Position numbers and translations under genes: made by a program. Below are positions 28,504-32,000 of a DNA stretch of 32,000 nucleotides, piece after piece (the stretch's first letter is position 1; every line of letters begins with the position of its first letter). Below the pieces are notes generated by a model. The model ran no database searches. It was not told where the DNA came from and saw nothing but the letters and a program-made list of their open reading frames with translations. The stretch comes from Aeropyrum pernix K1 (GTDB lineage Archaea; Thermoproteota; Thermoprotei_A; Sulfolobales; Acidilobaceae), in assembly GCF_000011125.1 (NCBI RefSeq), contig NC_000854.2:900001-932000 (forward strand), in the 5' to 3' direction.

Positions 28504-29369
28504 CTTCTAGTCACCAGCGTACCCTTCTCCCCGTTAATCAGGCTTTGGATAGGCGGGTCCCCTATAGCCGCGTAGGGTGATCCTTCGGACACGGCCTTGG
28601 CCGCCATAAGTATCTTCCTGTTCATGCCAACACCCGCCTTGGCAGCAATCTCCCTCGCTTCGCTCACCCTGATCCTATCAACCACTCTTCCATCCAAAAT
28701 CACGCCCGGCACATCCGTTACTAGGGCTAGCGGAGCCTTGAGAGCCGCGGAGAGGGATGCTGCCATCTGGTCGCCGTCAACGTTTAGAGCTACCACCCTA
28801 TCGCCTTCGCGGCCGTATGCTACCGGGGAATATAGGATAACGTCTACCTGCTGCAGCATCGACCCTACGAACATGCTGTCAACCCTCTCAATCTTTCCTG
28901 TGTAGCCTCCAGGGATTGCCTGCGGCCTACCCCTCTCGTTTACTATGACTATCCTCTCCCTCCTCCTAGCCTCTACCGAGAGGCCGTCGAGGCCTGTGAG
29001 GCTTAGAACCTTGAGGCCGCGGGAGGCCAGCTCTGATGATATGCTTGTTGCCAGAAGCCCGGCCATAACCATTACATAAACCTCCAGCTCCTCCCAGCTC
29101 GTGTAACGACTCCTGACTCCAGAGGGGTGGAGGACATAGCGGGGCTCCACGCCCATCCTTCTCGAATACTCGTCAACAACCTTTCCCCCACCATGTACAA
29201 CGACTAGCCTCAAACCCTCTCGAGCTAGGACGGCTATTTCGTCAGCAACCCTCTCGAGCCTGGAGGCTATAGAGCCCCCTATCTTAACAACGGCAACTCC
29301 ATATCTAGCCAAAGCTCTGCGCCCCCCGTAAGCTAAGGTCTCAGGGGAGGACTCCTCAGCCCCTCCCAC
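28500..29369 (-). CDS. lysZ: [LysW]-aminoadipate/[LysW]-glutamate kinase
   Basis: 289 aa; amino-acid kinase motifs VVKIGGS, VVHGGGKVVDEYSRRMG, NVDGDQMAA, LVTDVPGV. The start may be TTG at 29312, which removes the overlap with lysY. Confidence 0.92.
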   Translation of the reverse strand: MGGAEESSPETLAYGGRRALARYGVAVVKIGGSIASRLERVADEIAVLAREGLRLVVVHGGGKVVDEYSRRMGVEPRYVLHPSGVRSRYTSWEELEVYVMVMAGLLATSISSELASRGLKVLSLTGLDGLSVEARRRERIVIVNERGRPQAIPGGYTGKIERVDSMFVGSMLQQVDVILYSPVAYGREGDRVVALNVDGDQMAASLSAALKAPLALVTDVPGVILDGRVVDRIRVSEAREIAAKAGVGMNRKILMAAKAVSEGSPYAAIGDPPIQSLINGEKGTLVTRS

Positions 29370-30400
29370 TCGTCAAATCCTAGCATTGCATTCATAGCAT
29401 AGACTGCCTGCCCCGCAGCGCCTCTAACGAGGTTGTCTATTGCGGCGAACCCCGTTATCCTTCCAGACTCCTCCTCTACTGCGAACCCTACCTCCGCAAA
29501 CATACTACCTATCACATTCTTCACATCAGGAGGGTCGACTGGCAGCCCCGGAGCCATGGGCTTGACTCTCACTATTTGAGAGTCCTTGTAGAATGATGCA
29601 TAAGCCCTCACCGCCTCCGAGAAACCGATATTATCCCGGAGCAGGGCGTGGGCGCTTGCTAGGACGCCCCTCGTCATTGATACAGCGTGCGGCACGAGGC
29701 TCAACCGTATGCCGCGTCCTACCAGGTCCCTGAGAACCTGGACAGCCTCGGCCGCGTGCCTGTGCCCCCAGGGGGTGTAGGGTCTTGCAGAACCCTCTCG
29801 TAGGGGGTGGATGCTGTGGCGGCTGGGCTTGGAGCCGGCCTCGCTGCTCGCCGCCTTAACGTCGACTATAATGCCTACATCCATGTCTATAATCTTGGAG
29901 GCGACTAGGGGTGCGGCTGCTAATATGGCCGCAGTTGCATTACATCCTGGCACTGCCGCTAGCCTAGCACCCCTGAGCTTCTCGCCATAGATCTCTGGAA
30001 GAGCGTATATAGCCTCCTCAAGAAGATCGGGCCTGGGATGCTTGAACCCGTATAGCTTGGGATATAGCGATTGATCCCTTAGCCTATAGTCGGCGCTCAG
30101 ATCCACAACCCTAACACCATTTTCGTAGGCCTCTGCAACAATACTGGCGCCAACGCCGTGAGGGAGAGCGTTAAAAACAACATCGACCTCTCCAATGTCA
30201 ATCTTATCAATAGAGGTATACTTAAGGCCAGTGTAGAAGCCCCGCAGGTGAGGGTGAGCTGTGTGGACAGGCTTTCCAGCATACTCCCTGCTCGTCGCCC
30301 ACTCCACCTCTACGCCGGGGTGGGAAGCAAGTATCCTGAGGAGTTCACCACCAGTCATGCCAGAGGCTCCTAGTATGCCAGCGCGAACCGCACGAGCCAT
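29333..30400 (-). CDS. lysY: [LysW]-aminoadipate/glutamate phosphate reductase
   Basis: 355 aa; GILGASGMTGGELLRILASHPGVEV, VVDLSADYRL and AAVPGCNATAAILA catalytic Cys region. Confidence 0.94.
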   Translation of the reverse strand: MARAVRAGILGASGMTGGELLRILASHPGVEVEWATSREYAGKPVHTAHPHLRGFYTGLKYTSIDKIDIGEVDVVFNALPHGVGASIVAEAYENGVRVVDLSADYRLRDQSLYPKLYGFKHPRPDLLEEAIYALPEIYGEKLRGARLAAVPGCNATAAILAAAPLVASKIIDMDVGIIVDVKAASSEAGSKPSRHSIHPLREGSARPYTPWGHRHAAEAVQVLRDLVGRGIRLSLVPHAVSMTRGVLASAHALLRDNIGFSEAVRAYASFYKDSQIVRVKPMAPGLPVDPPDVKNVIGSMFAEVGFAVEEESGRITGFAAIDNLVRGAAGQAVYAMNAMLGFDEWEGLRSPPLRP

Positions 30401-30414
30401 ACATATGTACCCCA

Positions 30415-30443
30415 GGTTTAGTGATACTAAACCTCTTTTTATA
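30415..30443 (-). promoter_or_regulatory. lysY promoter: TATA box followed by a perfect 19-bp palindrome (putative operator)
   Basis: Minus strand ctataaaaag (30435-30444) followed by GGTTTAGT-ATC-ACTAAACC (30415-30433). The distance to the lysY ATG (30400) puts the palindrome between TATA and the expected TSS. Confidence 0.65.
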
Positions 30444-30564
30444 GCATCCGCACCATGAGATACTCGAAGGTTCGAAATAGGAACCGTATTACTCCATGGG
30501 CCGGGATAGAAGGCTTAACAGGAGGGTGCTGGCAACACTGGTCTAGCCTGTGGAGGTGAAGGCC

Positions 30565-30735
30565 ATGGCTACCGTGAAGTGCCCAGTGTGTGGTCTTGAT
30601 GTTGAGGTTCCAGAGGATGTTGTTAGTGGAGAGCTGGTTGAACATGACTGCGGCGTCGTGCTGGAGATCGTGGAGAGCGGTGGAAGGCTCGCCTTAAGAG
30701 TCTTCGGCGGTGTTGAGGAGGACTGGGGAGAGTGA
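30565..30735 (+). CDS. lysW: LysW amino-group carrier protein
   Basis: 56 aa from ATG 30565; KCPVCGLDVEVPEDVVSGELVEHDCGVVLEIV and C-terminal EDWGE. The track start at 30550 is GTG, but GGAGGTGA at 30552-30559 is a well-placed Shine-Dalgarno for ATG 30565. Confidence 0.95.
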   Translation: MATVKCPVCGLDVEVPEDVVSGELVEHDCGVVLEIVESGGRLALRVFGGVEEDWGE

Positions 30736-31592
30736 GCCTCACCGCGTCAATACTCTTTTTATACGATATTGCAAGGCTCGACGAGAAGATGCTTCTCGAG
30801 GAGTTGCGGAAGAGAGCCAGAGTAAGGGTTATCCACACGGCAGCCAGAGCCCTGCCACTGGGAGAGCCTCCGAGGGAAGCCGAGGAAGCCGATCTGGCAG
30901 TGGCCCGCGGGGTCAGCGGTAGGAGGCTCCTCTACAGCGCGCTGGCCGCCGAGAGCTGGGGGTTGGAGACGGTAAACAGCAGCCATGCAATAATGGCGTC
31001 GCAAGATAAGGTGTGGAGTCACATGCTACTGTCCAGGCGGGGAGTACCCACTCCACGCTCTTACACCATCCTAGACCCCCAAGCCGTCCCCTATGCTGCG
31101 GAGGCCATAGGGTTCCCCGCGGTATTCAAGCCTGCCCGAGGAAGCTGGGGCAAGCTTGTTTCCCTCCTTAGGGATAAAAGCGAGGCTTCACTCCTCTCCG
31201 AAGCCCTCGAGTATGTTCAGGGGGATTTGAAGCTTGGGCTAGTGCAGGAGTATGTTGACAAGCCGGGGAGGGATATCAGGTCCTTCTGCATAGGCGACAC
31301 TGTGCCAGCAGCGATTTACAGGTATGGCAGCGGCTTTGCTACAAACTTGGCCGCCGGAGGTAGAGCAGCCCCTGCCCCCGTCACAGGGGATGTGGAGGAC
31401 CTAACCCTGAGAGCTTGTGAGGCGTTGGGCGTCGAGGTAGGCGGGGTTGACATAGTAGAGTCCACCCGCGACGGTGGTCTCCTCGTTCTGGAGGTTAACC
31501 CATCCACAGAGTTCAAGAACACGGTGAGGGTGACAGGGGTCAACGTTGCAGCGCTCATAGCGGATTACGTAGTGTCTAGGGTTAGGCGCTAG
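30732..31592 (+). CDS. lysX: LysX/ArgX, [LysW]-aminoadipate/glutamate ligase (ATP-grasp)
   Basis: 286 aa; FPAVFKPARGSWGKLVSLL, VQEYVDKPGRDIRSFCIGD, LLVLEVNPSTEFKNTV; 4-nt overlap with lysW. Confidence 0.95.
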   Translation: MSLTASILFLYDIARLDEKMLLEELRKRARVRVIHTAARALPLGEPPREAEEADLAVARGVSGRRLLYSALAAESWGLETVNSSHAIMASQDKVWSHMLLSRRGVPTPRSYTILDPQAVPYAAEAIGFPAVFKPARGSWGKLVSLLRDKSEASLLSEALEYVQGDLKLGLVQEYVDKPGRDIRSFCIGDTVPAAIYRYGSGFATNLAAGGRAAPAPVTGDVEDLTLRACEALGVEVGGVDIVESTRDGGLLVLEVNPSTEFKNTVRVTGVNVAALIADYVVSRVRR

Positions 31593-31615
31593 CTTGTCTC
31601 CACCTCTCGGGGGTT

Positions 31616-32000
31616 GTGAATGTGGTGCTCAAGTTTGTGAGGTTCTACGGCTACAGGGGCCTCAGGATAGTTAAGGGTAGCATGCAGTATGTATGGGACG
31701 ATTCGGGTAGGAAGTATCTCGACTGCCATGCTGGCCATGGAGCAGCGTTTCTTGGCCACTCCAACCCCGCTATCGTAGAGGCGGTAGTGAGGCAGGCTCG
31801 AGAGCTGGTGGCAGCGTCTTCAAGCTTCTCAACACCCAGTCTTGAAGAGGCTCTGACGGAGTTCTCACGCATAGCACCCCCATGGGCGGAGGAGATAGTG
31901 TTCCTAAACACCGGCACAGAGGCTGTCGAGGCTGCCTTGAAGGCTGCATGGCTAGCCACAGGCAAGCGGGGGATTGTCGCCCTCAAGAACTCCTTCCACG
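31616..32000 (+). CDS. lysJ: [LysW]-aminoadipate/ornithine semialdehyde aminotransferase (class III, partial, cut by right edge)
   Basis: Reading from GTG 31616: MNVVLKFVRFYGYRGLRIVKGSMQYVWDDSGRKYLDCHAGHGAAFLGHSNPAIVEAV...EEIVFLNTGTEAVEAALKAAWLATGKRGIVALKNSFH. Confidence 0.9.
   Translation, partial: MNVVLKFVRFYGYRGLRIVKGSMQYVWDDSGRKYLDCHAGHGAAFLGHSNPAIVEAVVRQARELVAASSSFSTPSLEEALTEFSRIAPPWAEEIVFLNTGTEAVEAALKAAWLATGKRGIVALKNSFH

Noticed and set aside
30461-30485. T-arm-like ggttcgaaa suggesting a tRNA in the lys promoter
   Set aside because: No acceptor, D or anticodon stems can be assembled around it; better explained as a short inverted repeat.
1-32000. CRISPR arrays, transposons, inteins, prophage or defence islands
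   Set aside because: No regularly spaced direct repeats, transposase motifs, intein splice blocks or phage-like genes were seen; gene content is almost wholly conserved archaeal metabolism and information processing.

Overview
The window is an archaeal chromosome segment, most likely crenarchaeal and Aeropyrum-like. This is inferred from protein content, GTG/TTG starts and TATA-type promoters. It is densely packed with housekeeping and accessory genes. From left to right it contains: (1) a minus-strand complex I operon read A-B-C-D-H-I-J-K-M-L-N, with nuoN cut by the left edge and no E/F/G genes; (2) aEF-2 and an XPF-family nuclease; (3) an archaeal 'exosome superoperon' (rpl15e, COG1325-type RNA-binding protein, RNase P Rpp30, psmA, rrp4, rrp41, rrp42, rpl37Ae, Brix/Imp4, Pcc1, prefoldin beta, DUF3194-like, DHH phosphoesterase), interrupted by an MscS channel plus a DUF432-like gene; (4) a metal/redox group (copper P1B-ATPase, ferritin-like DPS-like protein, MerA-type mercuric reductase); (5) a LysW-dependent lysine/arginine biosynthesis cluster (lysM-lysZ-lysY divergent from lysW-lysX-lysJ, the last cut by the right edge). 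I found no CRISPR array, transposon, tRNA, rRNA or clear novel defence or mobile system. The most promising unexplained signals are a perfect 19-bp palindrome embedded in the divergent lysY/lysW promoter, a near-palindrome next to the copA TATA box, the MscS-DUF432 insertion in the superoperon, an out-of-frame coding overlap between the DUF3194-like gene and the DHH gene, and small hydrophobic and hairpin elements in intergenic regions. All calls come from reading the sequence; no database search was run.
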